50,542 nucleotides of DNA, from sequence record DRR723986_6288. The stretch is one strand, 5' to 3'. The notes under the pieces are model-generated. The model saw only the letters and a program-made list of their open reading frames with translations. It was not told where the DNA came from and made no database searches. This document shows positions 19,801 to 32,189 of this stretch, in pieces. Within the stretch, counting starts at the first letter, position 1, and every line of letters begins with the position of its first letter. Both the position numbers and the translations under genes were made by a program.

Positions 19801-19954
19801 GGGAAACCCTAGGTTTGTCAAACTTTAATGAATAAAGTGACACACAAAGGGTGATGACTTTGTGCCCGCTTTTGGACAAATTCACAGTTTGTGACATCTT
19901 TAGGGTCAAAGAAAAAATGAAATGCACTTGAACTGTGCGTTCTGGAGACCTGTC

Positions 19955-21823
19955 GTGGCCTTGCAAATTTCCTCCTCACCCAACTTGATCACGCCTGCGC
20001 TTGACCGCAGCATCAAGAACAACATTGCCCGCAAATCAGGCAACAAACATGTGCACGGTGACACCTACAAACAGCGGACCATGTGGAAAAAAATTTGCGA
20101 CTTTGTGGGTTCAACACGTGCCGTCAACGTCGTCGGCAAAGCGCATTTTGAATCCAAACAATACTCCGAAGCAGCCATTCTGCGAAAAGACTACCGAGCC
20201 AAACAAAAATCAAACGCGCTGGGCCGCGACCTGACCGATGAGGAATACGACGAGGCCGTGTGGAATTCCAGTGGTGTTCAAAACCGCTTGATGCGTGAAG
20301 ACTATATTCGCTACAGCCCAAATTATTACAACAAGGACAATGGCCATACGTCACGCAATCTGTGGGCTCGGCGTTTCTCCAAGCTGAGCCATATTTTGCA
20401 CGGATTGTGTGAAATAAATGCAGCACCCACAGGCATGACTTACAACGTGATGCGCAATACTGCTGCCAGTGGTGTGGATGAAAAAAGCACCAAAAACAAA
20501 TTTCTCATGTTCGGCATGCTTGGGTTCATCGGTGTAGCCACCACCGAATTGTTGACCGCAATACGCGGCCTTTCAGGCAACACGGCCACTTTCCTGGGGC
20601 AAGGTATCTTGAACTTGCTCATTGCATTTCCAGTGGCCTCTTCAGCCTTGGGTTTGCTGGGCTTCTGCGCAGGCTTGGCCAGTCAAATTGCGGTTCAAAA
20701 ACACAAGGTCAACCCAAAACAACAGCAGGAATTGTCGAAAGACGTCAGCGACAATCTTCAAAAATTACTGTCGCAACTCAAAGCCATCAAAAACAAACCC
20801 GAACTGATTCAAATCATGGCCAAGGCCATGCAAGGCAAGCACCATCTGCTGAAGAAAATCAAATCGGATAGCCTTGATACCCAAGGTATTCCACACATTC
20901 TGAATTCTGCCCTGGCCGCAATCGACCCAGCCAAAACCGAGCTTGAAAACATGCAAGCCCTTAGAAATGCTTTGGGGCAATACATGCAAGTTGACAAGCC
21001 AACCGGCGACGCGGCAACCCTCTGGGCACGCTATCGTTATGCCAAAGCAGTCACCACCAAAGAAAGCCATTATGTGGCGCTGGTCAGTACAGTTGACCAC
21101 ATGGAGATTGCCAACCCCCATGCAAAAGCGATGAAAGATGCACGCCGGCAAACCGAAGAAATTGCAGCGCCCGCCATCCACAATTTTGCCCTCAAAACAC
21201 TTGCCTACCCTGCGGCATTGCTTGATCGCGTGGCCAACACCCACATCGCACCCACCTTGCGAAAATGGGCCAGTGAAAGTTATCAAAAAGCACATGCCAA
21301 GAAAATGAGCGACCCTGTCAGGGCCTCAAAAAACTGTTTCAAAGGTGAATACATGGCCAAGAATATCCACCAATATGGACCAGTGACCCGCGCATGCATA
21401 AAAATTGCTGAAGGCATGCGTTTGTTCAACATGAACGTGGTTTTGGCATCCAACGCAAACCTGTCACGAATCTTTAACAACATTGCCCTTCTTGCACACA
21501 ACGCTGTGGGCACCAGCCCGGCTTCACGCTCCATGTGCAACAGTCTGGGGCGTTTTTTCGGTGGCGCAGTGCTGACGATCATCTTTGGCACTTTTATTCC
21601 TATGGCTGCCGACGCCACGGGCAGTCCCTCAACAGTCAGCACCGAAGGAAATTTTCCTGTGAACTTCTCCATGACCAACATTGGTATTCTGATGTTCCTG
21701 CTGTCCACACCCACCTTGCTGGTTCAAGGCCTTGCGCACATGGCTGCACGGGTAGAAGGCTGGAAAGGCAACATCAACAAAACCGTTCCAAACGGTGTGC
21801 CTGCATTCCAGTTTTCACGTTGA
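19955..21823 (+). CDS. Orphan membrane-associated protein (~622 aa)
   Basis: Long ORF; GTG start 6 nt after GGAGA; two pairs of hydrophobic helices; no family recognised. Confidence 0.75.
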   Translation: MALQISSSPNLITPALDRSIKNNIARKSGNKHVHGDTYKQRTMWKKICDFVGSTRAVNVVGKAHFESKQYSEAAILRKDYRAKQKSNALGRDLTDEEYDEAVWNSSGVQNRLMREDYIRYSPNYYNKDNGHTSRNLWARRFSKLSHILHGLCEINAAPTGMTYNVMRNTAASGVDEKSTKNKFLMFGMLGFIGVATTELLTAIRGLSGNTATFLGQGILNLLIAFPVASSALGLLGFCAGLASQIAVQKHKVNPKQQQELSKDVSDNLQKLLSQLKAIKNKPELIQIMAKAMQGKHHLLKKIKSDSLDTQGIPHILNSALAAIDPAKTELENMQALRNALGQYMQVDKPTGDAATLWARYRYAKAVTTKESHYVALVSTVDHMEIANPHAKAMKDARRQTEEIAAPAIHNFALKTLAYPAALLDRVANTHIAPTLRKWASESYQKAHAKKMSDPVRASKNCFKGEYMAKNIHQYGPVTRACIKIAEGMRLFNMNVVLASNANLSRIFNNIALLAHNAVGTSPASRSMCNSLGRFFGGAVLTIIFGTFIPMAADATGSPSTVSTEGNFPVNFSMTNIGILMFLLSTPTLLVQGLAHMAARVEGWKGNINKTVPNGVPAFQFSR

Positions 21824-21906
21824 ATTTCCTCGTCAAGAAGCTGTTTGGCAAGCACCTTTCAAGTCTGCAATAATCAGTGTGTCGTCATAGTCACTTCACA
21901 GGTCCT

Positions 21907-23067
21907 ATGAAAACAAACTCGCATGATTTGGTCGATACCCAAAAGGTACCCAAGCCGATTGCCGGCCTTTTGCAAGGCGCGGGCGTACGCGTCAACGGCC
22001 CTGAACCCCACGATATTCAAATACTCGACGAACGCCTGTTCGGTGCAGTGCTCGGCCATGGCTCTCTGGGTTTGGGTGAAGCCTACATGAACGGATGGTG
22101 GACGGTAAAACGGCTTGATGAAATGATGTATCGCCTGATGCGCAACAACGCTGATGAGCACACCAAGGCCTGGACCAAAATGCAATGGCTGATGTTGGCT
22201 TTGCGTGAAAAAGTCATCAACCTGCAAGCACCCACGCGCGCATTTCAAGTCGGGGAACATCATTACGACACAGGCAACGACCTGTTCGAGGCGATGCTTG
22301 ATCCGCTCATGATTTATTCATGTGGTTATTGGGAACAAGCTCAAACGCTTGAACAGGCTCAGTTACACAAACTCAACATGATTTGCCAAAAATTGCAGTT
22401 GCAACCAGGTGAGAAATTGCTGGATATCGGTTGTGGCTGGGGTGGGTTGGCTTGGTACGCTGCAACACATTTTAACGTGCAAGTACTGGGCATTACAGTA
22501 TCAACCCAGCAACAACAATATGCCCGGGCACGTTGCGCCGGGTTGCCTGTAGAAATTGAATTGATTGATTACCGCGACCTTCAGGGTCAGTTTGACAAAA
22601 TAGTTTCTGTGGGTATGTTCGAACACGTAGGTTTGAAAAATTACCCAGCCTACTTTGACGCCATACACCGTCTTCTGAAGAAAGACGGGCTTTTTTTATT
22701 GCACACCATTGGTGGATTCAATAAAACCGAGGCCACCGATCCCTGGATCGACAAATACATTTTTCCGAACGGAAAAATCCCGTCGCCCAGCGAGATTGCC
22801 GAACATGTTGACGGCAAACTGGTGCTGGAAGACTGGCACAACTTTGGCACGGATTACGACAAAACACTGATGGCATGGCATGCCAATGTTGAAAAGGCTT
22901 GGTCCACACTTCAAGCCAATTACGATGAACGTTTTCATCGCATGTGGACCTATTACCTGATGACCTGCGCAGCTTACTTCCGTGCCCGCAAAGGCATGCT
23001 GTGGCAACTGGTTTTCAGTCACCGCGAGAACGCTCAGGTCTATCGCAGTAAAAGACCCCGGTTCTGA
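21907..23067 (+). CDS. cfa: Cyclopropane-fatty-acyl-phospholipid synthase
   Basis: GSLGLGEAYM.GWW, HYDTGNDLF, YSCGYW, LDIGCGWGG, VSVGMFEHVG, WIDKYIFP. Confidence 0.95.
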   Translation: MKTNSHDLVDTQKVPKPIAGLLQGAGVRVNGPEPHDIQILDERLFGAVLGHGSLGLGEAYMNGWWTVKRLDEMMYRLMRNNADEHTKAWTKMQWLMLALREKVINLQAPTRAFQVGEHHYDTGNDLFEAMLDPLMIYSCGYWEQAQTLEQAQLHKLNMICQKLQLQPGEKLLDIGCGWGGLAWYAATHFNVQVLGITVSTQQQQYARARCAGLPVEIELIDYRDLQGQFDKIVSVGMFEHVGLKNYPAYFDAIHRLLKKDGLFLLHTIGGFNKTEATDPWIDKYIFPNGKIPSPSEIAEHVDGKLVLEDWHNFGTDYDKTLMAWHANVEKAWSTLQANYDERFHRMWTYYLMTCAAYFRARKGMLWQLVFSHRENAQVYRSKRPRF

Positions 23068-23115
23068 CTTCACTGAATTTATTACACACACGTATTAATT
23101 GACTGATCTGTCTGA

Positions 23116-23149
23116 GTTCCATATATTACGCATACGTAATATATGGAAC
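23116..23149. promoter_or_regulatory. Perfect inverted repeat, probable MarR operator
   Basis: GTTCCATATATTACG-cata-CGTAATATATGGAAC, ending 4 nt before the MarR ATG. Confidence 0.7.
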
Positions 23150-23153
23150 GCAC

Positions 23154-23591
23154 ATGGATCGTCGTCTTTTCTTCATGCTCAACCGCGCGCGTGCTGTACT
23201 TTATCGCCACGCCGACAGTGGCGTTGAACAAGCCATTGGTGTGCCGGCCGCGCAGGTCAGTTTGTTGTTTGCACTGGATAAATTTCCACACGCTTCCATG
23301 CAAGAGCTTGGCGAAGTGCTTGGTTTGAACAGCTCTGCCATGACCGGTCTGGTGCAACGCATGAAAACCGCCAAACTGATTGAACGGGTGGTTTCAAGAG
23401 AAGATGCCCGCGTGGCTCACCTGAGAATGACCAACAAAGGCAGGGACAAAATGCAGGCCGCCAAACCCCTGTTGGTCAAATTGAATAAACAACTGGTCGA
23501 AGGTTTTACCACGGAGGAAATTGACACCGTGCTGAAGTTTTTGAATGCCATACACACGCGTTTCTCGCAACCCAAAGGAGACCCCGAATGA
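23154..23591 (+). CDS. MarR-family transcriptional regulator
   Basis: wHTH ELGEVLGLNSSAMTGLVQRM..LIER..EDAR..LRMTNKG. Confidence 0.92.
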   Translation: MDRRLFFMLNRARAVLYRHADSGVEQAIGVPAAQVSLLFALDKFPHASMQELGEVLGLNSSAMTGLVQRMKTAKLIERVVSREDARVAHLRMTNKGRDKMQAAKPLLVKLNKQLVEGFTTEEIDTVLKFLNAIHTRFSQPKGDPE

Positions 23592-24004
23592 ACGCCATGC
23601 GCCTGGCCCAAACACTGGCCAGCAATCCATTTTTCCAGTTTGCCAAACTGGGCTCTGTGAATAAAAACTCAGAAGAACACGTTCAACTGGGTTTTGATTC
23701 TTTTCTGAAAAACCACATTGGAACCCTCCATGCTGGCGCCTTGTTCACCGCCGCTCAAGCAGATGCAAAAGTGCGACTTCTACAAGCATTGGCACTGCAC
23801 AGCCATGGCTGGAAAATCGCGGCTTATACCAGCAGAATCGCTTACAAACGACCCGCGAAAGGGCCTGTTTGGATCCACACCGCAGCGCCCACAATTGATT
23901 TCGACAACAGACTTGCGCAGACGGTGAGCACCTTGAACAACGAAGCCAACGAACCTCTGGCTGAGCTTCACATTCAGTTCACACTGCTTCAAGGAGAACA
24001 ATAA
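23588..24004 (+). CDS. Hotdog-fold (PaaI/DUF4442-like) thioesterase
   Basis: KNHIGTLHAGALFT..IAYKRPAKG; translationally coupled to marR. Confidence 0.75.
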   Translation: MNAMRLAQTLASNPFFQFAKLGSVNKNSEEHVQLGFDSFLKNHIGTLHAGALFTAAQADAKVRLLQALALHSHGWKIAAYTSRIAYKRPAKGPVWIHTAAPTIDFDNRLAQTVSTLNNEANEPLAELHIQFTLLQGEQ

Positions 24005-24471
24005 TGTTGGACACACTACTTACCCTGATCATGCGACCCCTGGTCAAGATGCAAATGAATGGCAAAGTGCCTTTTGCCAAAGCCTGTGGTGTTCGGTTAA
24101 GCAGCATGGGCGAGGGCGTGGCTCGGTGTGAAATGGCACAGAGGCCCGAACTGCTGGACGACACTGGCAAGCTTGCTGACGGTGCTCTGTTTACCCTGGC
24201 CGAGACCTGCTCGGGCGCAGCCATGGCGGGTGGCTTTGCCTCCGTTATTTTGGGAGTGCGGCCAGTAGCCGCTCAGGTTGAGTTTGAAGTGCTGCAACCT
24301 GCCCTTGGCCTTGTCAATGCCCAGGCCAAGGTGGCGCAAGCCATTTCGCCGCTGAAGAAGACGCTTCGTACTACTGGAAAAATCAATTTTCCAGTTGAAG
24401 TGGAGGTTAGCGATGCGAGCGGGCAAAGCGTGGCCCGCATGCGTGTGACCTGGAACCTGAAGAAAAATTAA
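24004..24471 (+). CDS. Hotdog-fold (PaaI/DUF4442-like) protein, degenerate paralog
   Basis: VPFA..GV..GALFTLAETCSGAA..PALG; the NH..H motif is replaced by DDTGKLAD. Confidence 0.72.
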   Translation: MLDTLLTLIMRPLVKMQMNGKVPFAKACGVRLSSMGEGVARCEMAQRPELLDDTGKLADGALFTLAETCSGAAMAGGFASVILGVRPVAAQVEFEVLQPALGLVNAQAKVAQAISPLKKTLRTTGKINFPVEVEVSDASGQSVARMRVTWNLKKN

Positions 24472-24480
24472 AGAGTCCGC

Positions 24481-25983
24481 TTAGTGCGCAGTGCGCAGGT
24501 GCTTCAGACTTTTATAGGCCAGTACACTGGCCAGCAACATAAGTACCGCGCCAGCAATTGAAGTCAGTTGCATGCCTTCCATAAAGGCATGCCTGGCGGC
24601 TTGCAACAAACTGATTTGTTCCATTGCCGGCAATTGCACAGCAGAAGCCACGGCCCCACCCAAGGTATCTTGGGCGGCACGCTGAATCTCGCTTGGCCAG
24701 GCTGGGTTCAACAAACTCTCCATGCGATCCCGGTAAATGGCCACACCGATGCTGCCGAATACTGCAATACCCACTGCACCGCCGAATTCAGCACCCGTTT
24801 CTGCCAATGCAGATGCAGAACCGGCCTTCTCCGGTGGTGCACTGCTGATGATCAATTCTGTTCCCAAAGTAAACATCGGAGACAAACCCAAGGCAAGTAC
24901 CACTGTGGCCAACACCAGCAATCCCATGTCGGCTTTAATGCTCAACAAAGCCAGGCCGGCAAAACCAATTGCTGTACCCAACAATCCAAACACAACCAAT
25001 TTCGCTTGTCCCAATTGTCTGGCCAGCCAAGGCGTGATGTTCGTGCCCACCACAAAAGCGAGTGCCCAGGGCACTGTCCAGGCCCCTGCCACCAAAGGAG
25101 TCAAACCCAGCACCAGTTGCAGGTATTGGGCAATGTAAACGTAGACACCAAACATGGTCAGGCAACTCAACAGGTAAGTGCCCAGCACCGCCTTGAAGCC
25201 GGGTGCCTTGAACAGGTTTAGATCAATCAGTGGATCCTTCAAGCCCGCTTGCCGACGCACAAACCACACGCCAAGCGCCAAACCCCCCACTAAACACAAA
25301 GCTCCGGTGATGTTCAAACCCTGTTCCGCAGTGTTTTTCAGTGCATAAATAAGGAGAAGTACAGCACTGAGTGAAAGCGCTGCACTGGGCAGATCCATGC
25401 GACCTGCAGATTCATCCTTGTATTCAGGCAACAGGCGTGGCGCGAGTACCAACAATAAAATCATCACCGGTACATTGATCAAAAAAACCGAGCCCCACCA
25501 GAAATATTCCAGCAATACCCCGCCGACCAAAGGCCCCATCACTGCGCCAATTGAAAAACTGCTGATCCAGATACCAATGGCCTTCATGCGCTCGGCGGGG
25601 TCATCGAACATGTTTCTAATCAACGAAAGCGTAGAAGGCGCAATCGTGGCACCAGCCAAACCGTGCAAAGCGCGCGTCACGATCAACATTTCTGCGCTGT
25701 TTGAAAAAGCCGCCAACACTGAGGCCACGCCAAATGCCGCCGCACCAATCATCAGCAAACGCCTGCGACCAATCCGGTCACCCAGTGTGCCCATGGTGAT
25801 CAAGGCACCAGCTACCATGAATCCATAAATATCAACAATCCAAAGCAGCTGCGCGCTGCTGGGCTGGAGGTCAGCACTAATGGCGGGTATTGCGAGATTC
25901 AATACCGTCAAGTCCATGGAGTAAAGTACACAAGCCAATGCAATGACCGAAAGGCCGATCCACCTTGCTTTGCTGGATTCCAT
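24481..25983 (-). CDS. MFS drug:H+ antiporter (DHA2, SmvA/QacA-like)
   Basis: MDLTVLNLAIP, LLWIVDIYGF, GTLGDRIGRRRLL, WGSVFLINVP; about 14 hydrophobic segments. Confidence 0.92.
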   Translation of the reverse strand: MESSKARWIGLSVIALACVLYSMDLTVLNLAIPAISADLQPSSAQLLWIVDIYGFMVAGALITMGTLGDRIGRRRLLMIGAAAFGVASVLAAFSNSAEMLIVTRALHGLAGATIAPSTLSLIRNMFDDPAERMKAIGIWISSFSIGAVMGPLVGGVLLEYFWWGSVFLINVPVMILLLVLAPRLLPEYKDESAGRMDLPSAALSLSAVLLLIYALKNTAEQGLNITGALCLVGGLALGVWFVRRQAGLKDPLIDLNLFKAPGFKAVLGTYLLSCLTMFGVYVYIAQYLQLVLGLTPLVAGAWTVPWALAFVVGTNITPWLARQLGQAKLVVFGLLGTAIGFAGLALLSIKADMGLLVLATVVLALGLSPMFTLGTELIISSAPPEKAGSASALAETGAEFGGAVGIAVFGSIGVAIYRDRMESLLNPAWPSEIQRAAQDTLGGAVASAVQLPAMEQISLLQAARHAFMEGMQLTSIAGAVLMLLASVLAYKSLKHLRTAH

Positions 25984-25999
25984 GAAGTTGCATCCCCAA

Positions 26000-26031
26000 T
26001 AAAAAACCCCACGACGGAGTGTGTGGGGTTT
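26000..26031 (-). terminator. Rho-independent terminator after gyrB
   Basis: Minus strand AAACCCCAC-loop-GTGGGGTTT followed by a T-run. Confidence 0.7.
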
Positions 26032-26075
26032 GAGCTTAATCGAAGATTGTGATTATCTGATCAAGGACGTTGTTC

Positions 26076-28622
<2,547 letters not shown>

Positions 28623-28633
28623 TTATTGTCGTT

Positions 28634-29740
28634 TTAAATACGCATGGGCATCACGACATACTTGAAATCGTCTTTGCCAGGGGTGGTCACCAATGCACTG
28701 CTGTTCCCGTCTTGCAACGTAAACTGCACGGTTTCCGACTTGAGGTTGTTCAACACATCCAACAAGTAGTTTACGTTAAAACCCACGTCAATCTCGGGAC
28801 CTTGGTATTCGACTTCCATTTCATCCCGGGCTTCTTCCTGATCCGAGTTGTTGGCCACAATGGTCAAACCATTGGCGCTTAACACCCAGCGAATGCCGCG
28901 GAATTTGTCGCTGGTCAAAATCGAGGCCCGCTGCAGCGAATGCAACAAGGCATCACGGGAAATGACCACATGGTGCTGGTGGGTTTTCGGAATCACCCGT
29001 TGATAATCAGGAAACTTGCCTTCAACCAGCTTGGTGATCAGGGTAATGTCCGAGAAAGTGAACTTGGCCTGGTTGCTGGCCAAATCAATAGTCACGGTGT
29101 CATCCGTATCATTCAACAAACGCGACAGTTCAAGCACGGTTTTACGCGGAATAATCACCTCATGCTTGGCGGTACCGCCTTGGCCAGGCGCGTCAGCGTA
29201 GGCCAAACGGTGTCCGTCGGTGGCGACAGCTCGAACGCAAGCACTTTCAATGACCAGCAACACGCCATTCAGGTAATAACGCAAATCTTGCTGAGCCATG
29301 GAAAAGTGAACCATGCCCAACAAATTCTTTAACATTTTTTGGGGCAAACTGATCTGAGTGACCCATTCTTTGGGTTCCTGTACCAGTGGAAAGTCTTCTG
29401 CTGGCAAGGTTTGCAATGCAAAACGGCTTTTCTTGGCCTGCACGGACATCTTCTTGCCGTCCAGTTTAACCATCACATCCGAGTCTTCAGGTAGTGATCT
29501 CAAAATATCCAGGAATTTTCTAGCAGCCACAGTGGTTGCAGTGTCTTCGCCACCAGCACCCACTTCCGCACTGGTTTGAATCTGCATTTCAATGTCTGAA
29601 GACAGCAGAGTCAGCAGGCCTCCCTGTTTCTTCAACAGAATGTTGGCCAACACCGGCAAGGTGTTTCGACGTTCGACGATGTTGCTGACGATTTGCAGTT
29701 TTCGAACCAATGCATCGCGCGAGCTATGAATTAATTCCAT
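28634..29740 (-). CDS. dnaN: DNA polymerase III beta clamp
   Basis: RNTLPVLAN, ATDGHRL, GKFPDY, GFNVNYL, VVMPMRI. Confidence 0.99.
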   Translation of the reverse strand: MELIHSSRDALVRKLQIVSNIVERRNTLPVLANILLKKQGGLLTLLSSDIEMQIQTSAEVGAGGEDTATTVAARKFLDILRSLPEDSDVMVKLDGKKMSVQAKKSRFALQTLPAEDFPLVQEPKEWVTQISLPQKMLKNLLGMVHFSMAQQDLRYYLNGVLLVIESACVRAVATDGHRLAYADAPGQGGTAKHEVIIPRKTVLELSRLLNDTDDTVTIDLASNQAKFTFSDITLITKLVEGKFPDYQRVIPKTHQHHVVISRDALLHSLQRASILTSDKFRGIRWVLSANGLTIVANNSDQEEARDEMEVEYQGPEIDVGFNVNYLLDVLNNLKSETVQFTLQDGNSSALVTTPGKDDFKYVVMPMRI

Positions 29741-29968
29741 TTAATATTTCCTTATAGGATTAGTTAATAGAGTTGATTCAATTCTGTGGACAACTCTATT
29801 TTTTCCTTTGAATTGAGCTTCTTAGGTTCTTTCGAAATTGGTGTAGAACTTCCGGGACTCGATCTGCATACTGTGGATAACTTTTTTCGAATTTTTCAGG
29901 TTCTTTTTTTTCTGTGGATAACTCGTATTGTTGTGCACGTTTGTTACACAGTTATCCACAATTCTAAA
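29741..29968. other. Probable replication origin oriC (DnaA-box cluster and AT-rich DUE candidate)
   Basis: TGTGGACAA 29785-93, TGTGGATAA 29872-80 and 29913-21, TGTTACACA 29942-50, TTATCCACA 29952-60; AT-rich tract 29741-29784. The + strand appears C-rich to the left and G/T-rich to the right (qualitative). Confidence 0.8.
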
Positions 29969-31360
29969 TCAACCCTTCAAGGTTTGGTCCAGCACATGCA
30001 GCGCATGGTTCAACTCTGAGGATTGATTTCGCAATTCCGATATTTTGTTCACAGCGTGCAGCACCGTAGTGTGGTCTCTTCCACCAAACAACTCACCAAT
30101 TTCCACATAGCTTTTTTCAGTCAATTCCTTGGCCAAATACATGGCCACCTGGCGTGGCAACACAATTTGTGCTTGCCTGCGCTTGGAGAACATGTCTGCG
30201 ACCTTGATTTTGTAGTAATCGGCCACTGTTTTTTGAATGCTCTCCACGGACACCTGACCATGGTGTACCGAGATCATGTCGCGCAAAGCTTCCCGCACCA
30301 GATCCATTGTTACTGGTTTGTTGTGAAAGCTGGCAAAAGCCATGATTCGGCGCAAGGCACCTTCCAGTTCACGAATATTGCTTCGCATGTGCTTGGCCAC
30401 GAAAAAGGCCACGTCTTCTGAAAACAGGATTTTTTGCTGTTCAGCTTTTTTCAGCAAAATGGCAACCCGCATTTCAAGCTCGGGAGGCTCAATGGCCACG
30501 GTCAAACCGCTATTGAAACGGGAGATCAGCCGGTCGTCCATGCCCTGAATGTCTTTGGGATAGGTGTCACTGGTGATGATAATTTGCTTTTTGGCAGCAA
30601 TTAACTGCTCGAATGCGTAGAAAAATTCTTCCTGGGTGCGGCTTTTGCCCCCGAAAAACTGAATATCGTCAATCAAGAGCAAGTCGAGTGAGTAATAAGA
30701 GCGCTTGAATTCTTCGAATGCCTTTTTTTGGTAGGCCTTGACCACATCGCTTACATACTGTTCGGCGTGAATGTAACGAATTTGAGTGTTTGGGTTTTGT
30801 TCCAGCAGGCGGTTGCCGATGGAATGAATCAAGTGGGTTTTGCCCAAACCAACACCGCCGTATAAAAACAGCGGGTTATAGCTCACACCCGGGTTGGATG
30901 CCACTTGTTCTGCGGCAGCTCGGGCCAGCTGGTTGGCACGACCCGACACAAAATTGGAAAAACAAAGGTCTCGGTTCAAACGGCTACGTTCATAGACCGT
31001 GGCCGCAATTTCGTCGCGCTTCACGGAGGCAACTTTGGGTGCACCTTGCGCGGCGGCATCACTGTTGTTCTTGGCTGGCGCTGCGGGGGGCGCTACGAGG
31101 GGACTCGCCTGTTTCGCGGCTACTTGCCACTGAATGGCCATATCGCAGCCAAAAAACTCGGTGGCCAGTTCATTGAAACGGCCACCATAATTATTCAGCA
31201 CCCAATCAAGCTTGAAGCGGTTTGGGGCGGCCATGCTCAGGCTCGCGGTGTTTTCATCAAATTCAACCACAGTCAGTGGTTCGATCCACAGTTTGATTTG
31301 TTGGGCTGGAATTTCCTTCCGAAGCGCTTCAACACAGTGGTTCCAGAATTGATCAATCAC
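29969..31360 (-). CDS. dnaA: Chromosomal replication initiator DnaA
   Basis: GTG start at [43 protein letters not shown]. Confidence 0.98.
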   Translation of the reverse strand: MIDQFWNHCVEALRKEIPAQQIKLWIEPLTVVEFDENTASLSMAAPNRFKLDWVLNNYGGRFNELATEFFGCDMAIQWQVAAKQASPLVAPPAAPAKNNSDAAAQGAPKVASVKRDEIAATVYERSRLNRDLCFSNFVSGRANQLARAAAEQVASNPGVSYNPLFLYGGVGLGKTHLIHSIGNRLLEQNPNTQIRYIHAEQYVSDVVKAYQKKAFEEFKRSYYSLDLLLIDDIQFFGGKSRTQEEFFYAFEQLIAAKKQIIITSDTYPKDIQGMDDRLISRFNSGLTVAIEPPELEMRVAILLKKAEQQKILFSEDVAFFVAKHMRSNIRELEGALRRIMAFASFHNKPVTMDLVREALRDMISVHHGQVSVESIQKTVADYYKIKVADMFSKRRQAQIVLPRQVAMYLAKELTEKSYVEIGELFGGRDHTTVLHAVNKISELRNQSSELNHALHVLDQTLKG

Positions 31361-31661
31361 GTTATGAACAGCCTTATTATTCGGATGAACTGCTTTGCAG
31401 GAATTAAAACTCAGCGCTCCATTGTATCCAAACCCCCACGGATTGAGTGAGTGATTGGCTGCCTTCACGCGAACTTGCAGATTTTTCTAGGTTTTTCCCG
31501 AATTTGCCTCTATAATTTTGGGTTCCCTTGGTCTGAGCGTCGATCCATGTCGGCTCTGCCTGACCGATAAGTACCGGTTAGTAACAGGCTAACCCAGGGG
31601 CCAAACCAGTTTTAATTAATTTTTCGCCAAATTTTAAGCCCATGTGGGCCAGAGGCTTGCC

Positions 31662-31796
31662 ATGAAACGCACTTATCAACCTTCTAAAGTTCGCCGTCAA
31701 AGAACACACGGCTTTTTGGTACGTTCACGCACCCGTGGTGGTCGTGCCGTGCTGCGCGCACGTCGCTCCAAGGGCCGTGCACGTTTGTCCGTATAA
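31662..31796 (+). CDS. rpmH: 50S ribosomal protein L34
   Basis: Manual translation [44 protein letters not shown] (44 aa, below the ORF-track cutoff). Confidence 0.98.
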   Translation: MKRTYQPSKVRRQRTHGFLVRSRTRGGRAVLRARRSKGRARLSV

Positions 31797-31820
31797 GCCT
31801 GGCGCTTTGAACATTCTGAA

Positions 31821-32189
31821 TTGCACAGGGTGGGTTCCGGGTCGCATGCGACAAAAATCACTCGATCTGAAACATTTGGTGGTCTGTTAAAAACCAGGCC
31901 AGTGGCCAAAACAGATCGGTTGATGCTTCACGCACTGTTCGAAGACACCCCGCCGCAATTCGGAATACTGATTCCCAAGCGCTTGGCCAAACGGGCCGTG
32001 GATCGCAATACGCTAAAACGTTTAATCCGCCATGCCTGCCAAGACTCGCTGGGTAACTACCAAGGCAGATTTCTGGTTCGCTTGAGCAAGCCAGTGTGTG
32101 CAGTAGGTCATTCAGATCGAGCAGCGTGGTGGATAGAACTCCAACAACTTTTCAACGATCTCTCACGGCGCGTGCCATCACAGCACTGA
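31821..32189 (+). CDS. rnpA: Ribonuclease P protein component
   Basis: FGILIPKRLAKRAVDRNTLKRLIR (RNR motif); canonical synteny; start uncertain. Confidence 0.9.
   Translation: MHRVGSGSHATKITRSETFGGLLKTRPVAKTDRLMLHALFEDTPPQFGILIPKRLAKRAVDRNTLKRLIRHACQDSLGNYQGRFLVRLSKPVCAVGHSDRAAWWIELQQLFNDLSRRVPSQH

Noticed and set aside
19880-19900. Pho-box-like TCACA-GTT-TGTGA upstream of the orphan gene
   Set aside because: The half-site period is 10 rather than 11 bp and the second half is poor.
31361-31468. N-terminal extension of DnaA (499 aa)
   Set aside because: DnaA domain I similarity begins at VIDQFW, so GTG 31360 is more plausible.
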